Assembly: GCA_942491115.1 (NCBI GenBank)
Contig: CALNZV010000019.1
Location: 42,142-106,141 of the forward strand
Origin: an uncultured Desulfobacteraceae bacterium
GTDB taxonomy: Bacteria; Desulfobacterota; Desulfobacteria; Desulfobacterales; UBA5852
DNA: 64,000 nt
Direction of reading: 5' to 3'
The notes beneath the pieces are model-generated. The model was not told the DNA's origin. It was given only the letters and a program-made list of their open reading frames with translations, and made no database searches. Both the position numbers and the translations under genes were made by a program. This document shows positions 19,105 to 29,269 of the stretch, piece after piece. Each line of letters begins with the position of its first letter. Positions within the stretch are counted from its first letter, which is position 1.

Positions 19105-20082
19105 ATGCTACCCATCCGCGACAACATCACTTCGAAGAATGTCCCCGTTGTCAACCACCTGCTGATCGGCATCAATGTCCTGGTCTTTCTCGTCCAACTG
19201 GCCCAGGGCAGCGGCCCTCACCCGTTCGCCGCCGTCTACGGCCTCGTACCGGGGCGGTTTTTCACACCCGATGGAGTCGCCGACATCGGCTTCTGGCGAC
19301 ATGCGCCGACCCTCGTAACGTTCATGTTTCTCCATGGCGGTTTCTCCCACATCATTGGCAACATGCTCTTCCTTTATATATTCGGGGACAATGTGGAAGA
19401 TCGCCTCGGCCCGCTGCGCTACCTCCTTTTTTACCTGGCCGGCGGCATTCTGTCGGGACTCACCCAAATGGTCATGAATATCCACTCCCAGATACCGATC
19501 ATCGGTGCCAGCGGGGCCGTCTCGGGTGTCATGGGAGCCTATGTGATCCTGCATCCAGGTGCCAAGATCCTCACCCTTGTCCCCATCATCATCATTCCCT
19601 GGATGGTGGACATTCCGGCCGCCTTTTTTGTCGGCATCTGGTTTATTTTTCAGTTCATCAATGCCGCGGGATCCTCCGGTGCCGCCGGCGGAGTGGCGTG
19701 GTGGGCCCATATCGGCGGATTTCTTTTTGGAATGGTTCTGTTAAAAGTGAGCTTGATGTTGCCGGAAACCGGGCTGTCGAAACGTCTCAGGCCCGCAACC
19801 GCCCGGAGAACATCCCACCGCCTCCAAGTGGTTCGGCCCGATGCCCCCGGAGAAAACGACCCCCATCTCTACGGAACGCTTCATTTGACCCCTTTCGAGG
19901 CCCTGACCGGGGCGCGGAAGATGGTCACCGTCTCCCGGGGAATAAATTCCAGGCAGCTCCGGGTCACCGTGCCGGCCGGCATCAAGTCGGGAAGTTCTCT
20001 GAGACTCCGGGGGCAGGGGAAGACGCTCCCGGACGGAACCCGGGGGGACCTGTATCTGAGAATCGAATGGGATCGCTCGTAG
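19105..20082 (+). CDS. Rhomboid intramembrane serine protease fused to a C-terminal DnaJ_C-like domain
   Basis: MFLHGGFSHIIGNM, GASGAVSG (Ser), WWAHIGG (His). Tail LHLTPFEALTG..VTVPAGIKSGSSLRLRGQG..GDLYLRI. Confidence 0.9.
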   Translation: MLPIRDNITSKNVPVVNHLLIGINVLVFLVQLAQGSGPHPFAAVYGLVPGRFFTPDGVADIGFWRHAPTLVTFMFLHGGFSHIIGNMLFLYIFGDNVEDRLGPLRYLLFYLAGGILSGLTQMVMNIHSQIPIIGASGAVSGVMGAYVILHPGAKILTLVPIIIIPWMVDIPAAFFVGIWFIFQFINAAGSSGAAGGVAWWAHIGGFLFGMVLLKVSLMLPETGLSKRLRPATARRTSHRLQVVRPDAPGENDPHLYGTLHLTPFEALTGARKMVTVSRGINSRQLRVTVPAGIKSGSSLRLRGQGKTLPDGTRGDLYLRIEWDRS

Positions 20083-20099
20083 GACCTGCTCTTTTGGGG

Positions 20100-21023
20100 T
20101 TATTCGACCAGTTGGATGGTCACCTGATTTCTGCCTCCCTGTTTGGAGGCATACATGGCAACGTCCGCCCGCCTGATAAACCCTGTCAGTTCCTCGTTGG
20201 AATCGTACTGGGTGGCTCCGATGCTGACGGTCACCTTCACCTCTTCGTCGGGCCTCGGATAAAAGCGCTCGTTTTCGACTGCCGAACGAATACGCTCGGC
20301 AACCGTCTCCGCCTCTTCGGCGGTGGTCTCCGGAAGAATGACGGTGAACTCTTCACCACCGTATCGATAGGCCGTGTCCAGCTTTCTGAGGCAGGATTCG
20401 ATGATCTGAGCCAATCGCATCAGAACCTTGTCACCCTCCAGATGGCCGTAGGTGTCGTTGTAGCGCTTGAAGTGATCGATATCCATCAACATTAAAGACA
20501 GCGGGGGATTGTAGCGAATGGTCCGGTCCACTTCCTGGGCAAGCTGGTTGTAGAAGTGCCGCGAGTTGAAGAGTTTGGTCAGGCCGTCGGTGGTGGCAAG
20601 TCGCTGCAGTTGCTCTAGCATCTTCACCCGCTCCTGGGTGAGCTGCCGCTCTTTCAGTACTCTCCGCAACCGGAGAAGCAGTTCTGCGAACCTAACGGGT
20701 TTGAAAAGGAAGTCGCTCGCCCCCTTGCTGATGGCCTCCTCATATGAATATTCGGCACTGTAACCGGTGATGACGATCACATCCACTTCATATTTTTTCT
20801 TTATCCGGTCGGTCAATTCAAGACCGTCCATACCCGGGAGGGAGATGTCCGTAATGACGACGTCCGGTTCCTGTTCGGCCATCATTGCCAGAGCATCTTC
20901 GGCGCTTGCAGCGGATTGGGCATCAAATCCGGACATGCCGATAAACTCGTGCATGGTGGTCCGTATTCCGGAATCGTCATCCACAATGAGAATACGGCTG
21001 TCAGAGGATGAATCGGCTGTCAT
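20100..21023 (-). CDS. Response regulator diguanylate cyclase (REC-GGDEF)
   Basis: ILIVDDD, TDISLPGMDG, KPV receiver motifs; DIDHFKRYNDTYGH, RYGGEEF. Confidence 0.95.
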   Translation of the reverse strand: MTADSSSDSRILIVDDDSGIRTTMHEFIGMSGFDAQSAASAEDALAMMAEQEPDVVITDISLPGMDGLELTDRIKKKYEVDVIVITGYSAEYSYEEAISKGASDFLFKPVRFAELLLRLRRVLKERQLTQERVKMLEQLQRLATTDGLTKLFNSRHFYNQLAQEVDRTIRYNPPLSLMLMDIDHFKRYNDTYGHLEGDKVLMRLAQIIESCLRKLDTAYRYGGEEFTVILPETTAEEAETVAERIRSAVENERFYPRPDEEVKVTVSIGATQYDSNEELTGFIRRADVAMYASKQGGRNQVTIQLVE

Positions 21024-21336
21024 TGCTGGTTTCCATTCCTAAAGATGCCGCGGATCGGCTTGACATCAATAAAAACAATCTGATAAAAAGTTTTTCTTTA
21101 ATATTAAGGCGTTAATATAATTGAGAAGGGAAATCGTGTCAACCGGCTTTTCGTCCCGTACATCCGCCGGACCACCATCACGCTGCCCGCCGTCACAACC
21201 CGTCACACCCACTTTGCACGCCGGCACCCGAAGTGTCCTCCGGAATCGGCCCGTCGCGCCACCCGCAGATGACAGACGACGGGAAATGGGGGGGTGCAGG
21301 GGAGAAAACCGGCAGCCTTCCAAGAAGCGAGAATCA

Positions 21337-23133
21337 ATGGACCACCTTCGAAATTTCAGCATCATCGCCCACATCGACCATGGGAAATCCACCCTATCGG
21401 ACCGGCTCATCCAATCCAGCGGAATTGTCTCCGATCGGGATTTCAAGGACCAGATCCTTGACTCCATGGATATCGAGCGGGAAAGAGGCATCACCATCAA
21501 AAGCCAGACCGTATGCATCCCATACAGAGCCGAGGACGGCAAGGAATATGTCCTCAACCTCATCGACACCCCCGGCCATGTGGATTTTACCTATGAGGTA
21601 TCCCGCGCCCTGGCCTCCTGTGAGGGGGCGCTGCTACTGATCGATGCCAGCCAGGGAGTGGAAGCCCAAACCCTGGCCAATCTCTACCTGGCCCTGGAGC
21701 ACGACCTTGAGATCATTCCGGTCATCAATAAAATCGATTTGCCCTCGGCGGACATCGAACGGGTAAAAGGAGAAATCGAGGAAGATCTGGGCCTGGACCC
21801 GGAAACGGCAATCCTGGTCTCGGCCAAAGAGGGTACGGGTATCGAGGGGGTCTTCGAAGCTGTCGTCCGCCGCCTGCCGCCACCGAAGGGTGACACGGGC
21901 GCAGAGCTGAAGGCCTTGATTTTTGACTCTCACTACGATGCATATCGGGGAACCATCGTTCATGTGAGAATCTTCCAGGGAACCCTCAAAGTCGGCGACA
22001 CCATCAAATTCATGTCCAACGGGGCCACGTATAAGACCGAGGAGATCGGTGTCTTCCAGATCATCAGAAAACCCCGCAAAACATTATCGGCCGGGGACGT
22101 GGGCTACATCATCGCCGGCATCAAAACCGTCAGCGACACCCGGTGCGGGGACACCGTCACCCACAAAAATCGCCCCTGCGACCGGCCGACGCCCGGTTTC
22201 AAGGAAGCCAAACCGGTCGTATTTTCATCCATTTATCCCGTGGCTTCCGATGAATACGGCGACCTTGCCGTGGCCATGGAAAAGCTGAAGCTAAATGATG
22301 CCTCCCTGATCTATGAAAAGGACTCGTCAGCGGCCCTGGGCTTCGGGTTTCGATGCGGTTTTTTAGGCCTGCTTCACCTGGAAGTGGTTCAGGAGCGGCT
22401 CGAGCGGGAATTTGATCTCTCCTTGATACTCACGGCCCCCTCGGTCCAGTACGAGCTTCTGATGAAGGAAGGATCCGTCGTGATCATCGACAACCCTGCC
22501 CTCTACCCGGATCCGACCATGATCGAGGATGCCAAGGAGCCCTTTATCAAAGCGTCGATTATCATTCCCGAGCGGTACATGGGTGCGGTGATGAAGCTCT
22601 GCCTGGACCGCCGTGGCATCAATAAAAACTACCAATACCTCACCGCCAACCGAATCGAAATGATATTTGAACTGCCCCTGGCGGAAGTGGTCTACGATTT
22701 CTACGACCGACTGAAATCCATTACCCAGGGCTACGGGTCCTTCGATTACGACATGCTCGATTTCCGTCAAACGGACCTTGTCAAGGTGGATATTCTCATC
22801 AACGGCGAGAGAGTGGATGCCCTCTCTCAGTTGGTTCACCGAGAGCGAAGCATCGAGCGGGCGCGGTTCGCCTGCGAGAAGCTTCGCGAAGAAATCCCGC
22901 GGCAGATGTTCAAGATCGCCATCCAGGGAGCCATCGGCGGCACGATTATCGCCAGGAAGACCGTGTCGCCCTTTCGCAAGGATGTTACCGCCAAGTGCTA
23001 CGGGGGGGACATCAGCCGCAAGCGCAAACTCCTTGAAAAGCAGAAAAAAGGAAAAAAGCGGATGAAGATGGTCGGACAGGTACAGATCCCCCAGTCCGCC
23101 TTTCTGTCGGTCCTGAAGTCAGACGCCGATTGA
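21337..23133 (+). CDS. lepA: Translation factor EF4/LepA
   Basis: RNFSIIAHIDHGKSTL, ERERGITIK, DTPGH, NKID, KCYGGDISRKRKLLEKQK. Start moved to the ATG at 21337. Confidence 0.98.
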   Translation: MDHLRNFSIIAHIDHGKSTLSDRLIQSSGIVSDRDFKDQILDSMDIERERGITIKSQTVCIPYRAEDGKEYVLNLIDTPGHVDFTYEVSRALASCEGALLLIDASQGVEAQTLANLYLALEHDLEIIPVINKIDLPSADIERVKGEIEEDLGLDPETAILVSAKEGTGIEGVFEAVVRRLPPPKGDTGAELKALIFDSHYDAYRGTIVHVRIFQGTLKVGDTIKFMSNGATYKTEEIGVFQIIRKPRKTLSAGDVGYIIAGIKTVSDTRCGDTVTHKNRPCDRPTPGFKEAKPVVFSSIYPVASDEYGDLAVAMEKLKLNDASLIYEKDSSAALGFGFRCGFLGLLHLEVVQERLEREFDLSLILTAPSVQYELLMKEGSVVIIDNPALYPDPTMIEDAKEPFIKASIIIPERYMGAVMKLCLDRRGINKNYQYLTANRIEMIFELPLAEVVYDFYDRLKSITQGYGSFDYDMLDFRQTDLVKVDILINGERVDALSQLVHRERSIERARFACEKLREEIPRQMFKIAIQGAIGGTIIARKTVSPFRKDVTAKCYGGDISRKRKLLEKQKKGKKRMKMVGQVQIPQSAFLSVLKSDAD

Positions 23134-23183
23134 ACCCGGCCACCCCCCATGCCGATGGCTGAATATGCTGAGATGGAGGCTCC

Positions 23184-24473
23184 ATGGGTAAAACGATCGC
23201 CGAAAAGATATTCGACCGCCACCGAATCGATCAACCCTCGGAAGATATCCACGTGATCCGCTTGGACGCGGTTTTCTGCCATGAAATTACCACGCCGATC
23301 GCCATTACCGATTTGATGGCCCGGGGAAAAGATCGGGTGTTCGACCCCAACCGCATCAAGGCCGTCATCGATCACGTCACCCCGGCCAAAGACACCAAAA
23401 CCGCCACCCAGGGGAAAATCCTCCGTGATTGGGCCCGCCGGCAGGGAATCAGGGATTTTTTCGACATTGGCCGCAACGGTGTCTGCCACGCCCTTTTCCC
23501 GGAGAAGGGCTTCGTCCGGCCGGGCGATACCATCATCATGGGAGACTCCCACACCTGCACCTACGGGGCTTTCGGGGCATTTGCCGCCGGGGTGGGCACA
23601 ACGGATTTGGAGGTGGGCATCCTGAAGGGGGTGTGTGCGTTTCGAACGCCGGAAACCTTTCGAATCAACCTGACCGGAGATCTTCCTCCCGGGGTGTTTG
23701 CCAAGGATGTGATTCTCTCCGTGATCGGACGCATCGGTGTCGACGGGGCCACGAACGCGGTGATCGAGTTTGCCGGACCGGTAGTGGAGGCCATGTCCAT
23801 GGAGGCCCGGATGACCCTGTGCAACATGGCCATCGAGGCTGGCGGCACCTGCGGCATCTGCGCCCCCGACGGGGTCACGGTGGACTACCTGTGGCCATGG
23901 ATCCGGACGGATTATGAAAGCCGAGATCATGCCCTTAGGGCTTTCATGAAACTCCACCCCGATTCGGACGCCCGGTATGGGAAGGTGATCGACCATGACT
24001 GCAGCCGCCTCGAGCCCCTGGCCAGCTTCGGCTACAGGCCTGATAACGTCAAACCGGTTAGAGAGATGAGCGGGGAGTCAGTGGACCAGGTCTATATCGG
24101 TTCCTGCACCAATGGCCGGATCGAGGATCTGCGGGCGGCAGCGGCGGTCATCGACGGCCGAACCATCCACCCGACGGTTCGCGGCATCGTATCGCCGGCC
24201 ACCCCCTCCGTATTCAAACAGGCCCTCGATGAAGGCTTGATCGCCATTTTCATGGACGCAGGCTTCTGCGTGACCAACCCCACCTGCGGGGCATGCCTCG
24301 GTATGAGCAACGGGGTTCTGGCGAAGGGTGAAGTCTGCGCCGCCACCACCAATCGAAATTTTGTCGGTCGAATGGGAAAGGGCGGGATGGTTCACCTGAT
24401 GAGCCCGGCCTCGGCAGCGGCCACCGCCATTGCCGGCCACATCGCCAGTTCCCCCCTGTTTACCAAGGAGTAG
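23184..24473 (+). CDS. leuC: 3-isopropylmalate dehydratase/homoaconitase family large subunit
   Basis: DSHTCTYGA, IGSCTNGR, CGACLG, TTNRNFVGRMG. Confidence 0.88.
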   Translation: MGKTIAEKIFDRHRIDQPSEDIHVIRLDAVFCHEITTPIAITDLMARGKDRVFDPNRIKAVIDHVTPAKDTKTATQGKILRDWARRQGIRDFFDIGRNGVCHALFPEKGFVRPGDTIIMGDSHTCTYGAFGAFAAGVGTTDLEVGILKGVCAFRTPETFRINLTGDLPPGVFAKDVILSVIGRIGVDGATNAVIEFAGPVVEAMSMEARMTLCNMAIEAGGTCGICAPDGVTVDYLWPWIRTDYESRDHALRAFMKLHPDSDARYGKVIDHDCSRLEPLASFGYRPDNVKPVREMSGESVDQVYIGSCTNGRIEDLRAAAAVIDGRTIHPTVRGIVSPATPSVFKQALDEGLIAIFMDAGFCVTNPTCGACLGMSNGVLAKGEVCAATTNRNFVGRMGKGGMVHLMSPASAAATAIAGHIASSPLFTKE

Positions 24474-24479
24474 GCAGCC

Positions 24480-25004
24480 ATGAAGTCCTTCGACGGCAGC
24501 GTGCTGTTTCTGGATCGTTCGGACATCAACACCGATGAGATCATACCGGCCCGGTATCTGACGGAGATCACCAAGGAGGCTCTGGGTCCTCACCTCCTGG
24601 AGGATCTGACCCTTGACGGGTTCGATCCCTCGACGGCAATAAGGGATCGGCATGTCATCGTTTCCCGTTCCAATTTCGGGTGCGGCTCATCCCGGGAGCA
24701 TGCCCCATGGGCCCTGGAGGTCAACGGAATTCATTTGGTCATAGCGGAAAGCTTTGCGCGGATTTTCCGCCAGAACATGTTCAACGGCGGAATGATGGCC
24801 ATCGAACTGCCGGCGGCCACCATCGAGATGCTGTTTCAAACCTTCGCCGGGAGATCCACCGCGGTCCACACCGATCTGGCGGCCCGCACGCTGGTGTTTT
24901 CAGCGAGACAGGGAGCGTCGACCATTGGCTTCGATCTGGGGGAATTCGATCATGAACTGGTCATGGCCGGCGGCTGGGTCAACTATGCCGACGCTCGCTA
25001 CTGA
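24480..25004 (+). CDS. leuD: 3-isopropylmalate dehydratase family small subunit
   Basis: INTDEIIPARYL, NFGCGSSREHAP, ESFARIFRQN. Confidence 0.88.
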   Translation: MKSFDGSVLFLDRSDINTDEIIPARYLTEITKEALGPHLLEDLTLDGFDPSTAIRDRHVIVSRSNFGCGSSREHAPWALEVNGIHLVIAESFARIFRQNMFNGGMMAIELPAATIEMLFQTFAGRSTAVHTDLAARTLVFSARQGASTIGFDLGEFDHELVMAGGWVNYADARY

Positions 25005-25867
25005 AGCCGACCCTGGAAATCGGCAGACATCCCCCCCGAAATCACGGGATTGACAAGGGTGCCGATGCCCTCGATCTCGCATTCCACAACATTTCCCGCC
25101 TCCAGAACGACAGGCGGATTCCTGAATATTCCTACCCCTGCCGGCGTTCCGGTGGAGATCACATCCCCGGGAGTCAGGGTGATGTCCTCACTGATATCGG
25201 CAATGAGGGTGGGAATATCGAAAATCATGTCGGCGGTGGTGCCGTCCTGCATCGTCTGACCATCCACTTTTGCGGTCAATCTGAGGGCATGGGGATTTGG
25301 AATCTCGTCACCGGTCACGATGGCCGGTCCCATCGGCGCGAACGTGTCGAAGGATTTGCCCCGGAACCACTGGGAATCCCTGAACTGGGCCTCACGGCCG
25401 GAAACATCGTTCATGACCATGTAGCCCGCTACCCAGGCCATGGCCTGATCCCTTGGAATCCTCTTGCCCCCGGCCCCGATCACCACCGCCAGTTCCACTT
25501 CCCAGTCCACCCGACCGGTGCTGCGGGGCATCTCGATGGGGTCGTAGGGCCCATTCAGGGTATTGGGCGTCTTACAGAAAATCAGGGGGCGCTCCGGAGG
25601 ATCGAAATTCCCCTCCCTGGCGTGCTCCGTGTAATTCTTACCCAAGCATATGATTTTTGAGGGGCTGTGGATAGGGCATCCGATCCTCTCGGTCAGGGGG
25701 TGCCCCTCGTCCTTGATGTCACGAATCCTATCCAGCCAGCGGTCCCTGAAAAACGCAAGACCGATGTCCGGCATCTCAGGAAAATGATGCCACAGATCGA
25801 TGACATTGTCCCCGATCCAAATGCCGGGCCGTTCTTCACCCTTGTTGCCGTATCGAATCAGCCTCAC
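24998..25867 (-). CDS. Fumarylacetoacetate hydrolase family protein
   Basis: IICLGKNYTEH, DWEVELAVVIG, NDVSGR, GKSFDTF, GDVISTGTPAGVG. Confidence 0.93.
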   Translation of the reverse strand: MRLIRYGNKGEERPGIWIGDNVIDLWHHFPEMPDIGLAFFRDRWLDRIRDIKDEGHPLTERIGCPIHSPSKIICLGKNYTEHAREGNFDPPERPLIFCKTPNTLNGPYDPIEMPRSTGRVDWEVELAVVIGAGGKRIPRDQAMAWVAGYMVMNDVSGREAQFRDSQWFRGKSFDTFAPMGPAIVTGDEIPNPHALRLTAKVDGQTMQDGTTADMIFDIPTLIADISEDITLTPGDVISTGTPAGVGIFRNPPVVLEAGNVVECEIEGIGTLVNPVISGGMSADFQGRLQ

Positions 25868-26655
25868 CTGATCTCCTTGCCGTTCGGCCGGGGGTTTTCT
25901 TCCAACCCGGCCCTAAATCCGTCCTCATAGTTTTTCCGGGCATACCAATCCACCTGACGGCAGATCCCGCGGATAATACTCACATCCCTTGCCCTGAGCT
26001 GGATCCGGGTAAAGAACTGGCGCAGCCGGTTGAGCCAGTAATCCGGATTCTCCGGGTTGATGTAAGAGATGCGGACCAGAATGTCCCGCAATTGATCGTA
26101 CATGCCGTCGAGTTCGTGACGACTCGCCAATCTCGGCGCATGGGGAATGCCGGATTCGGATGTGGCGCTGGAAATCTCGTAGCAAATCACCATAACCGCC
26201 TGGGCCAGATTCAGGGAGGAAAACGACGCCGTCGGGATGGTGACCAGCTTGTGGCAGCGCCTCAGGTCTTCATTGGTCAGCCCTCTGTCCTCGCTTCCGA
26301 ACACCACCGCCACCTGATTGCTTTTGGAAAAGGACACCACCTCTTTCGCTATCACCGGCGGCGACAGGGTGACCTTTCGCTCTCCTCCAAGTCTGGCCGT
26401 GGTGCCCACAACAAAACCGCAGTCCGCCACCGCATCGGTGAGGGTGTCAAACCGAAGAATACGGTCCACCATGTCGCCTGCGGCGTGGGTCGCCAACATC
26501 CGGATTCGCGGGATATCATAGTTCTCCGGTGCCACCACCGACAGCCGCTCGATTCCCATGTTCAAGGCCGCCCTGGCGGCGGCGCCGATATTTTCGGGAA
26601 AGCGCGGACGGTTCAGTACGATGCGAATCCGCTCCAGATGACCCCCATCGGCCAT
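25864..26655 (-). CDS. SPOUT tRNA methyltransferase, TrmJ/LasT family
   Basis: PENIGAAARA, VGTTAR, VFGSEDRGLTNEDL, SLNLAQAV. Confidence 0.9.
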   Translation of the reverse strand: MADGGHLERIRIVLNRPRFPENIGAAARAALNMGIERLSVVAPENYDIPRIRMLATHAAGDMVDRILRFDTLTDAVADCGFVVGTTARLGGERKVTLSPPVIAKEVVSFSKSNQVAVVFGSEDRGLTNEDLRRCHKLVTIPTASFSSLNLAQAVMVICYEISSATSESGIPHAPRLASRHELDGMYDQLRDILVRISYINPENPDYWLNRLRQFFTRIQLRARDVSIIRGICRQVDWYARKNYEDGFRAGLEENPRPNGKEIR

Positions 26656-27071
26656 CAGCCGATGCGCTCCAGATGATTGAAGAAGTAGCCGGTTTCGAAG
26701 GACGCGGATTCCGTCGAATCGGAACCGTGAACCACATTTTTCTCGATGTCGGTGGCAAACTCCGCACGAATGGTTCCTGGCGCCGCATCCTTATAGTTTG
26801 TGGCTCCCATGAGTTCGCGGTATCGGGCGATGGCATTTTCCCCCTCGAGGATCATGACGACGCAGGGCCCGGACGACATGAAATCGGTCAGACTCGAAAA
26901 AAAAGGCCTCTCCTTGTGTACGGCATAAAACCCTTCGGCCTGGGACTTTGACATGTGAATCATCTTCATGGCAATGATCCCCAAATCGTTGCCTTCCAGT
27001 CGTTTGACAACCTCACCGATTATCCCCCGGGCAACCCCGTCGGGTTTGATGATCGACAATGTGCGCTCCAT
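26655..27071 (-). CDS. ndk: Nucleoside diphosphate kinase
   Basis: [30 protein letters not shown]. Confidence 0.98.
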   Translation of the reverse strand: MERTLSIIKPDGVARGIIGEVVKRLEGNDLGIIAMKMIHMSKSQAEGFYAVHKERPFFSSLTDFMSSGPCVVMILEGENAIARYRELMGATNYKDAAPGTIRAEFATDIEKNVVHGSDSTESASFETGYFFNHLERIG

Positions 27072-27450
27072 TGCGGGTGCTCTCCTTTCGTGGGTACCGT
27101 TGACCGTCCTGACGTCGCTGACGCGATATGGATAAAATCCGATCGCCGCCCAAGGTCCGATTCCGGACCTGTCCGACCCACCTCATAGAGAATCGGATGC
27201 GGAGGCGGCTGCAGAGCCTGTTGAAGTGCGGCTGCCATAGCAGAAAGGACGAGGGGGCGTCAAGGGATTGCGGGAGGGCGGGACCCACCCTCCGTCCGTA
27301 GAGAAACCGGAAGGTCTCTCCATACCTCACACCCGGTTTATGATGGAAGCACCCCGGGTTCGGAGTCGATTGACAGACATTCGCCTTAGGGTTAAAAACC
27401 GGATGTTTCCGGTCTCAACCCCTATCCTTAGATTTCCGAGGGAGTGACGT

Positions 27451-27942
27451 ATGCCTATCTATGAGTTTTACTGCTCGAGATGCAACACCCTATTCAATTT
27501 CTTTTCTCGAACCGTTGACACCCGAAAGACACCCAATTGCCCGAAATGTAAAATCGAAAAGCTCGACCGCCACATGTCCACTTTCGCGTTCACCGGCCGG
27601 GCGAAAGAGGACGAGGGTCTTGGGGACCTTCCCTTCGATGAGTCCAAAATGGAGCAGGCCATGCACATGCTGGCCGGAGAGGCCGGTAACATCGATGAGG
27701 ACGACCCAAGACAGGCGGCCCAGGTCATGCGAAAATTGAAGGATATGACGGGGATCGATCTTGGAGACGGCATGGAGGAGGCATTGGCCCGGATGGAACG
27801 AGGGGAGGAGCCCGAAAAAATTGAAGAAGAAATGGGCGATCTCCTCGAAGGAGAAGATCCAATCAAGCTGAAGGGCCGGAAAGGCGGGCGGGGCGGCAAG
27901 CGATCGGCTCCCTCCCGAGATGAAACCCTCTACGATTTGTAG
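27451..27942 (+). CDS. FmdB-family zinc-ribbon protein with acidic helical C-terminal domain
   Basis: MPIYEFYCSRC...CPKC. Confidence 0.85.
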   Translation: MPIYEFYCSRCNTLFNFFSRTVDTRKTPNCPKCKIEKLDRHMSTFAFTGRAKEDEGLGDLPFDESKMEQAMHMLAGEAGNIDEDDPRQAAQVMRKLKDMTGIDLGDGMEEALARMERGEEPEKIEEEMGDLLEGEDPIKLKGRKGGRGGKRSAPSRDETLYDL

Positions 27943-27975
27943 GTCCCCGGGACACCATGTGAAAGAAGGCCTGAC

Positions 27976-28503
27976 ATGACCATCAGACCCATCGAGCGAA
28001 TCCGGGTGATTCAGGACGACATCACCCGGGTGGCTGTCGATGCGATCGTGAACGCAGCCAACAGCAGCCTCCGGGGAGGAGGAGGCGTGGACGGTGCCAT
28101 TCACCGGGCAGCAGGTCCGGATCTTCTGGACGAGTGTCGAACCCTCGGCGGATGCCCCACCGGAGAAGCACGCCTCACGGCCGGATACCGTCTGCCGGCC
28201 CGATACGTCATCCACACCGTCGGACCCGTCTACCGAGGGCTTCCAGGGGATCGATCCCTTCTATCGAGTTGCTACCGGAACTGCTTCGCTCTCTCAGCCG
28301 AACATCACATCAGATCGATCGCCTTTCCCGCCATCAGCTGCGGGGTTTACGGCTACCCCATAGCCGATGCCTGCCAAATCGCTGTTTCCGTAGCCCTCGA
28401 CAGTCTTAAGGGTATCGCCGAAAGCATCGAAACGGTGATCTTCGTCCTGTTTTCGCAAAGCGACAAACACGTGTATGAGATGGAAATCGACCGGCACCGT
28501 TGA
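27976..28503 (+). CDS. Macrodomain protein, O-acetyl-ADP-ribose deacetylase (YmdB/MacroD type)
   Basis: DDIT, AIVNAAN..GGGGVDGAIHRAAG, IHTVGP, AFPAISCGVYGYP. Confidence 0.93.
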   Translation: MTIRPIERIRVIQDDITRVAVDAIVNAANSSLRGGGGVDGAIHRAAGPDLLDECRTLGGCPTGEARLTAGYRLPARYVIHTVGPVYRGLPGDRSLLSSCYRNCFALSAEHHIRSIAFPAISCGVYGYPIADACQIAVSVALDSLKGIAESIETVIFVLFSQSDKHVYEMEIDRHR

Positions 28504-28547
28504 CAGGCCAACGGCGGCGTATTTCAGGGCAGAATATTCCGAAGTGG

Positions 28548-28575
28548 TTGACAAATGCCCCCCAATCATTACTGT
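28548..28575 (+). promoter_or_regulatory. Candidate sigma70 promoter for the selenoprotein gene
   Basis: TTGACA-N16-TACTGT. Confidence 0.45.
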
Positions 28576-28651
28576 ACACGACTACCGAATTCGTTACGGA
28601 CCCTGTCGACATGGGTTGATCGACGGGGTCGACGTCCAAAGGAGGATTATC

Positions 28652-28972
28652 ATGATCGAAGTAACCCAGACGGCCACTCAGCAGGTGGCTGAGTATTTCA
28701 AGGATAAGGAGGCAACTCCGATCCGCATCTTTCTCAACTCAGGCGGCTGAGGCGGCCCCTCCTTGGCAATGGCTCTGGATGAGCCAAAGGAAACAGATGA
28801 GGTTTTCGACATCGACGGTTTTAAATACGTTATCGATCGGGAATTCGTTGAAAAGGTGCAGCCCATCAAAGTAGACTTCGTGGATATCGGGTTTCGCCTG
28901 TCTTGCAACGTCGATTTCAGTGCGGGTTCCAGTGCATGCGGCGGTTGCGCCTCTTCGGGCACCTGCGGCTGA
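28652..28972 (+). CDS. IscA/HesB-like selenoprotein, Sec at in-frame TGA 28748-28750 (106 aa)
   Basis: GGAGG RBS, then MIEVTQTA..IRIFLNSGG-TGA-GGPSLAMALDEP..DGFKYVID..CGGC. The frame continues seamlessly through TGA at the position of the family's first conserved Cys; the track splits it into two ORFs. Confidence 0.88.
28761..28790 (+). promoter_or_regulatory. Candidate bacterial SECIS hairpin
   Basis: CCUU-[GGCAA]-UGGCUC-UGGAU-GAGCCA-AAGG, starting 11 nt after the UGA, with G in the apical loop. Confidence 0.55.
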
Positions 28973-28997
28973 CGATTTTATACCAGGACTTTTCCTA

Positions 28998-29037
28998 AAA
29001 CGGGCAATGCGACCGACTCGCATTGCCCGTTTCTTTT
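28998..29037 (+). terminator. Rho-independent terminator
   Basis: AAACGGGCAATGCGA-N5-TCGCATTGCCCGTTT perfect 15-bp stem followed by CTTTT. Confidence 0.8.
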
Positions 29038-29269
29038 CAACGGTTGACGGCGATATCCTGAAATGATATCGCTGCCCCTATTATGTTAGGGTTTTCACTA
29101 AAAAGGGTCCCGAAACCCGGGCACTCGTCAACCCTCTCCAACCCCTCGAGACGCGCATCTATCGTGTCGATAGGCCCCCGCCGTCTCAGGCCTTCCCCGG
29201 CGCCTCGACCGTTGGGGTTTGGATCAATCCGAAACCGCCTGTCATCGATGCTTCAATGGAGACTCCCCC

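Noticed and set aside
21121-21336. N-terminal extensions given by the track for lepA (likewise ALDH, rsmA, hisS, aspS, PreP, ycbK, nuclease)
   Set aside because: Family homology starts at downstream start codons, several with a good RBS; the extensions are low-complexity or overlap neighbouring genes.
27451-28503. Zinc-ribbon plus macrodomain as an ADP-ribosylation toxin-antitoxin or defence module
   Set aside because: The macrodomain is a canonical YmdB/MacroD type and no ADP-ribosyltransferase or sirtuin gene is adjacent.
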